NCBI RefSeq assembly: GCF_009914755.1
Contig: NC_060929.1
Source: the human T2T-CHM13v2.0 reference genome, Homo sapiens
Reading direction: 5' to 3' (one strand)
DNA length: 64,000 bases
The position numbers and the translations under genes are program-made. Positions 13,814-27,812 of the stretch are shown here, piece by piece (the stretch's first letter is position 1; each line of letters begins with the position of its first letter). The notes beneath the pieces are model-generated. The model worked only from the letters and a program-made list of their open reading frames with translations, was not told where the DNA came from and ran no database searches.

Positions 13814-16800
13814 TATATCTATATCATGCCCGTCTTATTCTACCATATTTACTATGGTTTTTTAACTTAATATCCAGTAGTATATAAATCCTTTAACTTT
13901 GTTCTTTTTCAAAACTGTCAGAGTTATTCATTTTAGAATCAGCTTATCAAGTTTTAAGAAAGCTTCCAGGGGTTTGAGATTGCATTACATTAAAAAACAA
14001 AAAGAAAAAACCGGCTTGGATTCTGATTGGGATTGCAATGGATCTAGAGATCAGTTTGGAGGAAACTATGTTGTCTTCCAAATCTACATATGGTATGTCT
14101 TCCCATTTATTTATGTCTTTCTCTCAGAAATATTTTGGAGTTTTCTCTGTAGATATCTCTTACATCATTTCTTAGGATATATTCCTAAGTGTTTTCCATG
14201 GTATTGCAAAAATTATCATTTTAAAATTCTTCACTACATATAAACATGATTGATTTTTGTATTTTGATCTTGCCAAATTCATTTACTAATTTTAACATTG
14301 TATCTGTACTTCTAAAATTTTATACATACATAATCATGTCATTCATGAACAATGACATTTTTATTTATTCCTTTCCAATCCTTATAATATTTATTTTTCT
14401 TGCCATATAGCACTAGCTAAGACTTCAGTACAATTCTGAATAGAAATGGTGAGAGCTGGCACCCTTTTTTCCCTATATCAGGAAGGAAAACTTTCAATAA
14501 TTCAATATTATGTTTGATGTTTACATAATATTTTTGTAGATATTCTATATGAGTTTTGGGTTATAGCCTTTTATTCCTAGTTTTCTAAGAGCTTTCATAA
14601 AAATGTGTTGATTTTCTATCAATGCTTTTTTTCTTTGTTTATTGAGATAACCATATGGAGGAGGTTTTTTGTCTTTTATTCTATGAATTTTATTAATGTG
14701 AATTTTATTGACTTGTTAAATGTTAAACTAATCTTGCATTCCTGGAATAAACCCAACTTGATTGTGGTATATTATCAGTTTTATAGATAGCTGGATTAGA
14801 TTTGCTAATATTTTAATTCTGGATTTTTACAACTATGTGTATCTGTTTTGATTGCCTTACCAATGTCTGCAGTGGATTAGCAGGCATCTCCTTTCACGAT
14901 AGGTTCACATGACTGAGCATATAACACCCAACAGGATGTAGAGGAAACACATCGGAGTTATTAAGACATACAACGCCCAGAAGGAGGGATACAGCTTGCC
15001 CCAAGGGACCACACAGATGGCACATGGGGTGAGAGAAACAGGACAAAACAAAGCAGCCTTACAAGCCTCGAAGGATAGGGCTTCCCACAGATACCTTTAA
15101 TTGGGTACTTTGAGTAAAAGGTAGTGGGAAACTAGGTCAGAGCTGACAAAGAGGAAGATGCAGAGGGGAACTGAGAGTGAGCTCTGTTAGATAAAATAGC
15201 TGGCAGCAAAGGAGTCTTGCTCAGGACAGCAAGGGGAAGAGCAGCTAGCAGGACTAGTGGCCTGTGTGATAAGGGAGGAGTCCTCCCTTGGAACAGGTCT
15301 ATATTTCTCCCTTTCCCCTTGACAGATGTCGTGGCAACAACTTATGCTAAGTAAAATATTTTCTCACTACAGTATTAATGAGAGAGATTGGCTTGTATTT
15401 TTCCTTTCTTGTATTGTCTTTGTCAGGTTTTGTTAGAAAGGTTATGCTGGTCTCATAGAATGAGTTGGAAAGTGCTCCCTCTTTTTTTGTTTTCTGGAAA
15501 AGTTTATGTAAGACTTGGATTACCTAATGTTTGGAAATATTACTTTCAATATTAATGGAAATAAATGTTTGGAAGAATTCACCAGAGAAGTCATCTGAAA
15601 CTTTATTTTTCTTTCTGAGTGGTTCTTCTAATTAGACTCAATTTCTTTAATAGAAAATAAAATTGAATTTTTTATTCCTCCCTGATTCCATTTTCTTAAG
15701 TTTTTTCAAGCAATTTTCACTTTTGTTGAAATTTTCAAATGTTTAGGTATACATTTGTATTTAAGGTATAAATATATATAACATCCTCCTTATTGCCTTT
15801 TCAATAATTAGGATCTATAGCAATGTCTCATTTTGTTACTGATATTGGTCATTTGTGCCTTCTCTGCTTTTTTTCCTCATCAGTATTAGCAGGAGTTAAT
15901 CAAACTTATTAGCCTTTTCAAAGAACAACTTTTGGCTGTATTTATTTTCTCTATTGTACCTATGTTTTCTGTTCTCTTGCTTTCTGTTCTTATTTTTATT
16001 ATTTCTCTTCTTCCATTTCAGGTTTAATTCACAGATCCTTTACTAATTTCATGAGATAGATACTTAATTTGATGGTAGCCAGCCTTTCTTTTTTCCAATA
16101 TATGTGTTTAGAGCTGTAAGCATCCCATTAAGCCTGGCTTTCGCTGTATCTTGTAAGTTTTAGTCTGCTGTATTTTTATTATTGCATAGCTCAATGTTTT
16201 CTAATTTCCAATTTGATTTCTTCTTTTACCCTTAAGTTATACAGAAAATGTTATCCAATTTCCAAATGTTTGGGGGTTTACTCGTTTTTCTGTTATTGAA
16301 TTCTACTTTAATTCTGCAACGGTCAGAAAACACTTTGTAAGATTTCAGTCATTTGATATTTGCTGAAACTTGCTTTATGTTCCACCATATGATCAATTTT
16401 AGTAAATGTTCCATATGCACTTAAAAGAATGTACATTCTAGGTTGTTAAATACTGATTGTAATTATATCAATTGAATTAAAATTGTTCAAATCTTTTATA
16501 TTTCTACTTATTTTCCCTGCCTCCTCTATTGGTGACTGTGAAGTATACTAATCTACAATTATGATTATGAAATTATCTATTTATATTTTTATATGTTTTA
16601 TTTGATATGTATTGAGGCCATGTTATTAAGAATATGCAAATTTAGAACTATGTGGGATTGGCCTTTCATTATGAAATGAACTTCTTTGTCTTAGTAAAGT
16701 CTACTTTATCTGGTATTACTGTCACCAGGTTTCTTGTGTATTACATTTACTTGAAATATCTTTCCTTATCCTTTTATTTTCAGTCTTTCATGTCCCTGTA

Positions 16801-17050
16801 CTTAAGGTATGGCACTATAAGCAGCATATAGTTAGATTTTTTTAAATTGAGTCTGATAGTTTATCTTTCAATTATTTATTCAACTTACATTTAGTGTAAC
16901 TATGATAATATCTGGGTCTAAATCTCCCATATTAATTTATATTTCCTACTTGTGTTATTTGTTCTTTGTTCCTTATTTTTCTTTCTTGCCTTGTTTTAGA
17001 TAGTCAAGAATTTATTATTATTCAAATTTCTCTGTCTGTGGACTTATTAT

Positions 17051-17570
17051 TTGTGTCGGCAGATCTCCAGACCACCCTCAGGTTTGATGATTCCTTAGAA
17101 GAACTCAGAACTTGGAAAAGCTGTTATACTCACCATTACAGTTTATGACTGCAAAAGTATACAAATTAAAATCAGCAAAAGAAAAGGGCAACAGAGGTGT
17201 CCAAGAGAAACCAGGATCAATCTTTCAGTTTGGAAAAGAGGAAACCAGGATTCCTCTTTCAGTGTAGTTGGAATAACACCACTTAATTCTCCCAGCAATG
17301 ATGTTTTCAATGCATGCAAAGTACTGCTAACATGAGAAAAAACAGAGAAGCTCACCTGAGCCTTGTTGTCCAGTGTTTTTATTGGAGAGTCAGTCACATA
17401 GGTATGGAGAACCCTTGTGATTGACCTTAGCTAATCAGTTTCCAGTCCCTCCACCTCAGAGGTCAAACTAATGTGGTATGGCCAGGGCCACAGGTGAACA
17501 AAAACAGGTGTTCACCATAAATCACATTGCTAGCAATAAACTAACTGTCATGACCCACATTCCCAGGTAA
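17051..17570. mobile_element. MER21-like ERV LTR
   Basis: AGACCACCCTCAGGTTTGATGATTCCTTAGAAG...GCTGTTATACTCAC resembles MER21 as I recall it. Confidence 0.6.
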
Positions 17571-18580
17571 GGGACCTAAAGGAATTGAAAGAACAAATCA
17601 CATGAATATCAGAAAGAAGAGAGTCCCAGGCAGAGGAAACACCAGGAGCAAAAGCCCTGAGGTGGGGACATGCTCAGAGAGTTGAAAAACAGCCAGGAGA
17701 ACAGTGGGTAGAGTGCAGTGAGGCAGAGAGTATTAGAAATAAGGTTCCAGAGGTAGGCAGGTGCCAGATTACACAATACAAAGTAATGACTTTGTATTTT
17801 ACTCTAAGGATGATCAGAGCCTTTGGAGAGTTTTCAGCAGAGGAATGTTGTATCTGAATTGCCATGAGTGACAGAGGCAGAGACAGAGAGAGAGAGAGGG
17901 AAAGAGAGTGAGATTTATTTGGTTACAGAAATTATAGACTATAAGCAGCAAGAGTGGAAAAGAGGAAACCAAGTAATAAACTATGGCAGCATTACAAAAG
18001 ACAGATGATGGTAGCTTTGATTGTGTCCAGCAACAGGAGAATGATTAAATGAATTACAGTAAATCCATATAATGGAATATGATACAGTCATTATAAATAA
18101 TATAAAATAATACATAAGAACACAAGAAAATGTTTATAATATAGTAAATGTAAACAAAGCAGTTATAAAAATAAACTATTATCTGAGTCACAAAGTTCAT
18201 TCATCCATGTATAATATGGTGCTAGTTTATAAAAATATTATAGGCATAGAATATTAAAGCTGGAAGAGACTTAGAATGCACCTAACCCACCAGGAACAGA
18301 AGGATTACGTGACTTAAGTGATGGAGCAAGGCCTAGAATACAGATCTGATTTTCAGTCTAATGCTCATTCTATTTCACCCATGGTCTCTCTTTTATGTTA
18401 GATTTCATAAGTGCTTATACTCCTGCTAATTGGCATTCAAACAGACAATTAGAGCTAACAGAAAGTCTATTTTATTCATAAGTTATATTAAATCTTCTTA
18501 AATCTAGATTTTTAAAATTAATCTATAGTAGACTGAAGCCCTGTCCAAATAAGAAAGGGGGCAGGACTACCTCAAAATAA

Positions 18581-18626
18581 GAGATAGATACGTAGATAGA
18601 TAGATGATAGATACATAGATAGATAT
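18581..18626. repeat. Imperfect (GATA)n microsatellite
   Basis: GAGATAGATACGTAGATAGATAGATGATAGATACATAGATAGATAT. Confidence 0.85.
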
Positions 18627-18670
18627 AATTTTCAGGAGTCTTCACATAAATCAAGTCATTGAAAATAAAT

Positions 18671-19031
18671 GATGAGTTCATGTCCTTTGTAGGGACATGG
18701 ATGAAGCTGGAAACCATCATTCTCAGCAAACTATCGCAAGGACAAAAAACCAAACACCGCATGTTCTCACTCACAGGTGGGAATTGAACAATGAGAACAC
18801 TTGGACACAGGAAGGGGAACATCACACACCGGGGCCTGTTGTGGGGTGGGGGGAGGGGGGAGGGATAGCATTAGGAGATATACCTAATGTAAATGACGAG
18901 TTAATGGGTGCAGCGCACCAACATAGCACATGTATACATATGTAACAAACCTGCACATTGTGCACATGTACCCTAGAACTTAGAGTATAATAAAAAATGT
19001 ATATATAAAAAATAAAAAAGAAATAAAAAAA
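18671..19031 (+). mobile_element. 5'-truncated L1PA (about L1PA4-5) 3' end
   Basis: ORF2 tail, G-rich 3' UTR and A-tail; TSD GAAAATAAAT at 18661-18670 and 19032-19041. Confidence 0.9.
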
Positions 19032-20605
19032 GAAAATAAATAATTAAATACATCTTGGCATACATTATAAAAATGTCTGTGATCCATGATTTTTAAAATT
19101 TCTAACAATGGTATACAGAATTTATCAAGGAAATAACATGCTTGGGCAGCAAAATACTGTTTCTATGACACCAGTAACCATTTCTTCTTTGAATCTGCAG
19201 GTTTCCCTGGCTATGATTTTAGATCAACAGGCTAGAAGTCTACTTCTAGAAACCAAACAGCCCAACCTTCTCCTTTCTATGGTAACGTAACAGAGCCCTT
19301 CACTGTCTGAGCTACAGGGGAAAAAAAGCTGTTTTTAATTAACCATTAATTATTTGAATGCAGCCTGCATTATGCGGAAAAATGTGTTACTTTCATCTTA
19401 ATTTAAAAGACAACATCTGAGGTTCCAACTGACAAGAAGATACACTTTATAAATGCATTTATATCACTATTCTCCTTCAGAGCATTAGAAAATAGATTCA
19501 TGGGCTTGGATAAAGAAGACGTCTGTGGTTCTGCAGGGTCTGAAATAGTAAGAAAGGTGAAAGATGAGGAAACGAGGGTTTATCCCCAAAGCTTTTTACA
19601 GAGGAGAGAAAACATTTTTTAATTTGAGAGCCTTCTGATTACTGTAAGTAGCTATCTGAATATTGAAAAGTAAAATTCAGATGAGATCTTACTGACTGCT
19701 AACAAAATCGATTTGAAATTTAAGGTCTTCTTCGTGCTTCATTTGCTATAAAGTCTTTAAAGGTATTTGAATCTGTGTACTAAATTAGATCAAACAGAAA
19801 ATAGAAAAGATTTGTCACAGGTATAGAGTGCGTGACCAATAAGATCAAGTTCAACTATAAGAATGTTTATGAATATGGGGGAGAGTTGCCTCAATATTTT
19901 TATAATTTTATGTACGTTATTTTTCACGTCTTAAAGCTGCCCAAGTATAGAAAAATGCAGGACTCCAGTAACAGTTACCAGCATGATTTGCTTTTATTAC
20001 CCTTCTGTTCAAGACCCTTGTTTCCCCTTGTAGCATGTCAAATTGCCCCCAAAACCACATTATACAGCAGAGAAATGTTGTTCACACTTCACTGGCTATT
20101 GATTTACTTTGTTTATTGGCACAAAATCAGCTTGAGATAAACATTTTGTCCCGCATTTCCACTATTGTAAGTGGTTATACGTCATTGCAAGATAGGTAAG
20201 CCCAAATGTGCAGGGTCACAATTCGACATGGCTTTCTAATCAATGTGTGCAAAATTATCTAATGAATAATGGGTTGCACATTTCCACAAACAAATTAACC
20301 AGGGTGAGACTGAAACTAATGATTATATTTATCTAATGTAATTTCACATCTGTTACTAGTGGTAGTAATTTTTTTTTCTCTTTCATCCGTGGCGTCCTCA
20401 AAATTACAACTTAGCTTTTCAGATACAGTTATGGAACATCAGTTTAACTAGAAAATAGACAATTTTGTGGAATGTTTATTTTTTTCTTTAAATGCCAGTG
20501 GTCCTGAGCAATATGATGCTATTTTATGAAATTTGGGAATCCAGACGTTTCTTAACTATTACCTCTGTTGTTTTCTAAGTACTGGCTGTGGGCTTAATGC
20601 CATAA

Positions 20606-21005
<400 letters not shown>

Positions 21006-21123
21006 TGAATTCTTTTTTAAGTAGAAGCAGTTTCCAACTTGGGGAAAAAAAATTATTACTATTACTTTGAGACTTTTTTTTTTCAGTGCTTCATCAAAAA
21101 TGTTCTTAAACTTTTTCTAAATT

Positions 21124-21233
21124 GAAATGGAGTCTTGCTATGCTGCCCAGGCTGGTCTTGAACTCTTGGCTCAAGCTATCCTCCTGTTTCAGCCTCCCAA
21201 GTAGCTGGGGTTACAGGTACCACTACACCTGCC
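21124..21233 (-). mobile_element. FLAM/Alu monomer
   Basis: Single reverse arm TCTTGCTATGCTGCCCAGGCTGGTCTTGAACTC... Confidence 0.75.
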
Positions 21234-21410
21234 TTCTTTTTCTACTGCCAGCAGAAATACAACAACAACTAGCACAGTTTTGTGCCATATGTATTGATTC
21301 ACTCTAAAACATGAGCAGTTTCATCTACCATTGATTTTGCACCATCACGGCAAATGTCAACACAGTGAAAAAGGTAGATAACATCTTGTCTTATTATGAA
21401 AATGGTTTTA

Positions 21411-21730
21411 GCCAGGCAAAGTGGCTCATGCTTGTAATCCTAGCACTTTGGGAGGGAGGTTAAGGGGGTGGATTGCTTGAGCTCAGGAGTTCGAGACCAG
21501 CCTGGGCAACATGGCGAAACCCCATTTCTACAAAAAAAATACAGAAAATTTAGCCAGGCATAGTAGTGCACACCTGTAGTCCCAGCTACTTGGGAGGCTA
21601 AAGGCGGAAGGATGGCTTGAGCCTAGGAGGTTGAGGCTGCAGTGAGCCATGATTGTGCCACTGTAATCTAGCCTGGGTGACAGAGTGAGATCCTGTCAAA
21701 AAAAAAAGAAGAAAAAGAAAAAAAAGACAA
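21411..21730 (+). mobile_element. AluJ inserted in a hAT-Charlie fossil (about 21250-21812)
   Basis: TSD GAAAATGGTTTTA at 21398-21410 and 21731-21743; host ends ACCACTCTTTGAGAACCACTG. Confidence 0.85.
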
Positions 21731-23776
21731 GAAAATGGTTTTAACCTCCTGGATCTCTTGAAAGGGGAGGGGACCCAAAGATGTCTGCAGACCACTCTTT
21801 GAGAACCACTGCTCTAATAAGCCTATAATTCTTTGTATAGGGAGGGAAGGTAATGGCTGAGGGGAGAGTGGAGAATAACTCTTTAAAAACAATCCAGAAA
21901 ATTGAGGAAAAGGTACTTTGAATATTAATGAGTGTTTAATTCATTTAGCTTTCCTTACAGTTTGACTGATTTTAGATAGTTTCTTTATTTAGTTCTCTAC
22001 CTTGTTTCTGGCCCTGATCTGAGTTTGGCCCTCAGTAAGTAGTTTCATCAGAGTCGTGATTAGGCAAACTGTGGATGAAATTTCACAGTTCTGCCTATAG
22101 CAGCAAATACCTATGAGGGCTTGAGCCCCTTCAGTAATCTAAAGTAAGGGGAAATCTCATGATCACCCAATATCATATACCTCTTTACGTATTTTGTCTG
22201 TACTAGAATGTACACTCCTTGAAATAGATTTGTTTTGTTCACTGCTTTATCCTCAGTTCCAAGGGTGGTACCTGACTCATATATAGGCACTAAACAAATA
22301 TCTATTGAATGAATGAATGAATGTACCCCATATGAACCTACACAAAGAATAAGCTTAAAATAATGTAACATTATTTTTCAAACACATCCAGATGAGTGTT
22401 TTGAAATAATTTAACTTAGAGAGGTTACAATCATTTTCTAGTGATGCTGCAACTGTCATTCAGAGTGTTTTTTGAACATCAGAGAGGAGGTGATGGGAAA
22501 TACGCCACATTTGGATTCAGAAAGACTTTAGTTAGAATCCTGGTCCCAGCAATTACCACTGAAATGAAATTGGGCAGTGACTTAACCTCTCAGATAATCT
22601 CCTCAATTGTAAAACAGAGAGAGAAGAAACTATCTCATAGAGACATTGTGGGAATAAAATTAAAGGAAACTACATTTGTGATTGTATCTAGCACATTGCC
22701 TAGCAAATAGAAAATAACAAGCACAGGTTAAATGCTAGTGTCTAGACAGTTGGTATTGGGCTATCATACTTCTATTCCATCTACCTTTGATAACAATATC
22801 AAAAGTTGACCCTCCCCAGTTATCAGTCCATATGCTTTGGATAGAGCTTCAGACCTAGGTTTATTGGCCTGAGCCTAAACAATCAGTGCATCATTTCCCT
22901 GGACATACTACTCCCTTGTACAAGATGACCACATATCTCAGTCAGAGCCAATGACAGTCAATGGAATTCTTGTTGGGAATCTGGGGGAAAAGGCTCTCTC
23001 TTTTCCACTAGACTTAAACCTGAAAAGATGCAGACAGGAGCTGCTTCAGCCATCCTAGAACCACAGAGAAGACCCTGCCTGAGAACAGAACACAAACAGC
23101 ACAAGTCAGAGGTGAGAGACAAAGAAGGAAGAACTAGGCTCAGTGAACAACACTTGAGCTCCAATCAAGTAATGCCTGAAGCCAAGCTGGCCTTTGAAGT
23201 TATGTGAATCAGTAAGTTTCCTTTTTTTTTTTGTTTTTTTTGTAGCTTAGCTTGAGTTGAGTTGTCTGACATTAACAATAGAAAAGTACAGCCTGATGCA
23301 GTATTTTTTGCTTGTTCATAGGCTCAACCTAGATTTGCACAGACAATTATGGTTCAATGTTAACGCTGCTGCTGAGAGCTGAAACATAAAGCCAAAGTCT
23401 GTCCTGAAGTATTTTAAATTCCTATGGCCTTAAGGAAGCCACAAGTCAAGGAAGCCAAAGTCAAGGAAGCCATAAGTCAAGATTCTCATAGTATTTGGTT
23501 AATATTTAGATCAGGCATTCCTGACAAAAGAAAATACAGTAATTTCAAACTTGAAGTCTTTAGACCTTTAGGGATGTGCAATTACTAATATTAGAAATAT
23601 TAGGAATAGCTTGAGGCACTTCAAGCTACTACTAATATTTCTAAAAAGTCTAAAACCAGTTGCATATGTTCCTTTAATGAGGTTAACTAAAACATACGTT
23701 TTTTTTTTTTCTATTGATAGAATTATGTCTACTCCATGCATTTACAATGGTTATCTCTTGCTAATCGGAAGCTCTT

Positions 23777-24077
23777 TTTTTTTTTTTTTTTTTTTTTGAG
23801 ATGGAGTCTCTCTTTCACCCAGGCTGGAATACAGTGGTACTATCTCAGCTCACTGCAACCTCCGCCTCTGGGGATCAAGTGATTCTCCTGCCTCAGCCTC
23901 CTGAGTAGTTGGGATTAAAGGCATCTGCCACCAAGCCTGGCTAATTTTGTATTTTTAGTAGAGACGGGGTTTCACCATTTTGGCTAGGCTGGTCTTGAAC
24001 TCCTGACCTCAGGTGATCTGCCTGCCTCGGCCTCCCAAAGTGCTGGGATTACAGGCATGAGTCACCACACCCTGCCT
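23777..24077 (-). mobile_element. AluSx
   Basis: Poly-T, reverse dimer, TSD GGAAGCTCTT on both sides. Confidence 0.9.
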
Positions 24078-25176
24078 GGAAGCTCTTAATATCAGATACA
24101 TAGATAGCTACACAGACAGCTAGCTAGCAAGATATCCTTGACTGATTTTCCAAATGAGATTATTTAGTTAATAAATGCTATATGATAGGTAAAATATTAC
24201 AATATACAGGGTCCCATGGTGGGAAGAGAGGTGAAGAATAAAAAGGGTCTTTAGCATTTGGTGATGAAAAGAAGAAAATGCTAATGTAAGAGGCTAGCCC
24301 TCTTTCTTTACAGCTATTTGTTGGTGGTGGGAGGTGGTGGCATGGAGAACACACAATCCAATAAAGTACACAGTGGTTTTAAAAGCACTATGCTTTAGGG
24401 GCAAGATATGTTAAAGCCACAATCTGATTGCATTTTGGGATGATTCTGCTTACTCAACAAATAACTGTCAAGGGCCCACAATGGCACTGGAGAGGAAAGA
24501 TAACATAGAAAAGAGCAAGACAAGTTCATCGAGAAACTCCAAGTTTTGTGGTTATGGTCACATATTATTCTGTAACATTCTCTTGCGGATCATGGCATTC
24601 TCCTTCCTCATGCCTCCAGATACAGCTGAAGTGATGTCTTCTACATGGCCTATTCCTAAAGAAAATTTAAAACCCCTGTGCCAGAATGTACTACTAAACT
24701 TTCATAGGTCAAACATGGGTTTGACCATGGATTTATTGAAATTACTGATCTATGTACTCAAGTCTTACCAATATAATCAAATCCCTCTTCAGAATCACAC
24801 ACTAAAAATAATAGCCTTGGTACATTCATACAATGGAATACCACTGAGCAAGAAAAAACCGACACATGCCACAACTAGGATGAATCTTAAAACCTTCATG
24901 CTAAGTGAAAGAAGCTAAACTCACAGACCACATATTGAATGATCTCACTTATTTGTTATTCTGGAAAAGACGAAACATTTAGAAACAATAAATAGACCAG
25001 GGGTCGAAAGCAGGGAGAAGGGATTGACTACGAAAAGGCATAAGGGGATTTTTGGAGGTGATAAAAATATCCTATATATTGATTGTGGTGGTAGTTACAT
25101 GGCTATGTACATTTGTCAAAACTCAGAGCTGTATATCTAAAAAAAATTTTACTATGTAAAAATTTCACATAGTTGA

Positions 25177-25466
25177 GGCCGGGCACAGTGGCTCACGCCT
25201 ATAATCCCAGCACTTTGGGAGGCAGAGGCGGGTGGATCACGAGGTCAGGAGTTCAAGACCAGCCTGGACAAGATGGTGAAACCCCGTCTCTACTAAAAAT
25301 ATGAAAATTAGCCGGGGGCAGTGGCAGGTGCCTGTAATCCCAACTACTCAGGAGGCTGAGGCAGGAGGATCGCTTGAACTTGGAGGGCAGAGTTTGCAGT
25401 GAGCCGAGATAACGCCACTGCACTCCAGCCTGGATGGCAAAGTGAGACAATGTCTCAAAAAAAAAA
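25177..25466 (+). mobile_element. AluSg-like
   Basis: GGCCGGGCACAGTGGCTCACGCC start, GATCACGAGGTCAGGAGTTC, A-tail. Confidence 0.9.
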
Positions 25467-25498
25467 ATTCACATAACTAAAATTATATTATCTAACTC

Positions 25499-25501
25499 TG
25501 T

Positions 25502-25541
<40 letters not shown>
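25499..25541. repeat. (TG)n microsatellite
   Basis: About 21 TG units with one TA interruption. Confidence 0.95.
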
Positions 25542-25543
<2 letters not shown>

Positions 25544-26593
25544 GGCCATAAACAGTGTGTATCTAGTCATCATCTAAGTCAGAGTAAGTTCAAGAAGATC
25601 ATAGTAAGAAAAGGTGTTCAAGAAAAATTCAAACACTAGAGTTCTGGAAGTTCATAAAGATGACTATGGGAAATGTTTCTCTTGAAACCAAAGGAATTAT
25701 AACTGAAGGCTAAAATTGAAACATGAAACTAATAAAATAATAAACTTTGGGGAATAGTACTATAGGTGAGAATAGTACTATTGCCTAAAATAGTTTTTTA
25801 AATCATCAGAAGAAAAATTTTAGAGTAAAAACTTGACCCTTTATTAAATTTTTATTTTGTCGAGATATACCTACCTGAGATGAACCCTGAACTAAAGTGG
25901 GCCTGAAAGATAAAAATCATTTTATTTCAGCTACTGGGAATCAGTCCATTGCTTTTCTTCTGACTTTCTAGAGGGATAATAGCATAGTATTTTCTCAAAA
26001 TCTTCATTAGAAAGAGTTACAAGGATGTCAGTAAAGCAGAGAAACTATAAATAACATTAATTTTAAATGTATTGTTTATAAATGAAGTACTTAGACTGCA
26101 AGGAGGTTAGAGAGTGAGAAAACTAGCTTGAAGATGCATTGTAGAAAACCTTCACTACAATTTGACTAAGGGTTTGGCACTTAAGGTGTGGGAGGGAAAG
26201 TTTCTGCTGCTTCAATATGAAGCTACTTTTCTAAACGCAGCTACACTCTCATTTCAAGTTCACCACCCAATGGCTCATCTCTCCTTACCTGGTGCCTCCC
26301 TCAGAGACACAGAATGGAAATAAAGTGAAACGTAATTCCTCCCCAGTTCCTTTTCCTATTCATAAATGTCAAGGCTGAATCTTTTTAAAAACCTTTTAAT
26401 TACTTTTTATTGATACATAATATTTGTACATATTTATGTAGCACATGCAATATTTTGTCACATGCATAGAATGTGTAATGATCAAGTCAGGGTATTTGAA
26501 TCCATTAGCTCAAGTATTTACCATTTCTATGTTCTGGGAACATTTCAAGTCCTCTTTATAGCTATTTTGAAATATACAAAACATTGTTGTTAA

Positions 26594-27068
<475 letters not shown>

Positions 27069-27517
27069 TGAGAATGTATGATACTTGTCTTTCAGTACCT
27101 GGCTTATTTCACTTAACATCATGACCTCTAGATCCATCCATGTTGCTGCAAATGACATGATTTTTTTTTCTATGATCAAATAGTATTCCATTGTGTACAT
27201 ATAGCACATTTTCTTTGTCTGTTCATCCTTTGATGGACATTTAGGTTGATTCCATATCTTTGCTATTATAAATAGTGCAGCAATAAACATGCAAGCGCAG
27301 GTATCCCTTTGATATAGTGATTTCATTTCCTTTGGATAAATGCCCAGTAGTAGAATTTCTGGATTGTATGGTAGTTCTACTTTTAGTTTTTTGTTTGTTT
27401 GTTTGAGAAATCTCCACACTGTTTTCCATAGTGGTTGTACTAACTTATATTCCCACCAACCATCTATAAGAGTTCCCTTTTCTTTGCATCCTCACCAGCA
27501 TCTGTTATTTTTTTGTC

Positions 27518-27812
27518 TTTTTTTTTTTTTTTTGAGGTGGAGTCTCGCTCTGTGGCCCAGGCTAGAGTGCAGTGGCTCAATCTCGACTCCTGCAAGCTCA
27601 GCTCCCTGGGTTCATGCCATTTTCCTGCCTCAGCCTCCCGAGTAGCTGGGACTACAGGCGCCCACCACCATGCCCAGCTAATTTTTGTATTTTTATTAGA
27701 GACGGGATTTCACCAAGTTAGCCAGGATGGTCTCGATCTCCTGACCTCGTGATCCCCCTGCCTTGGCCTCCCAAAGTGCTGGGATTACAGGCATGAGCCA
27801 CTGCGCCCAGCC
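27518..27812 (-). mobile_element. AluY-like
   Basis: GCAAGCTC...TTCATGCCATT diagnostics; flanked by TTGTCTTTTT repeats. Confidence 0.88.

Larger units (their letters stand above)
11600..17030 (-). mobile_element. Ancient L1M fragments (minus strand) interrupted by LTR and DNA elements
   Basis: T-rich decayed L1 motifs, e.g. CTTGCATTCCTGGAATAAACCCAACTTG, TGAGTTGGAAAGTGCTCCCTC, CTAGGAGTCAAATTGCTGGGTC. Confidence 0.7.
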
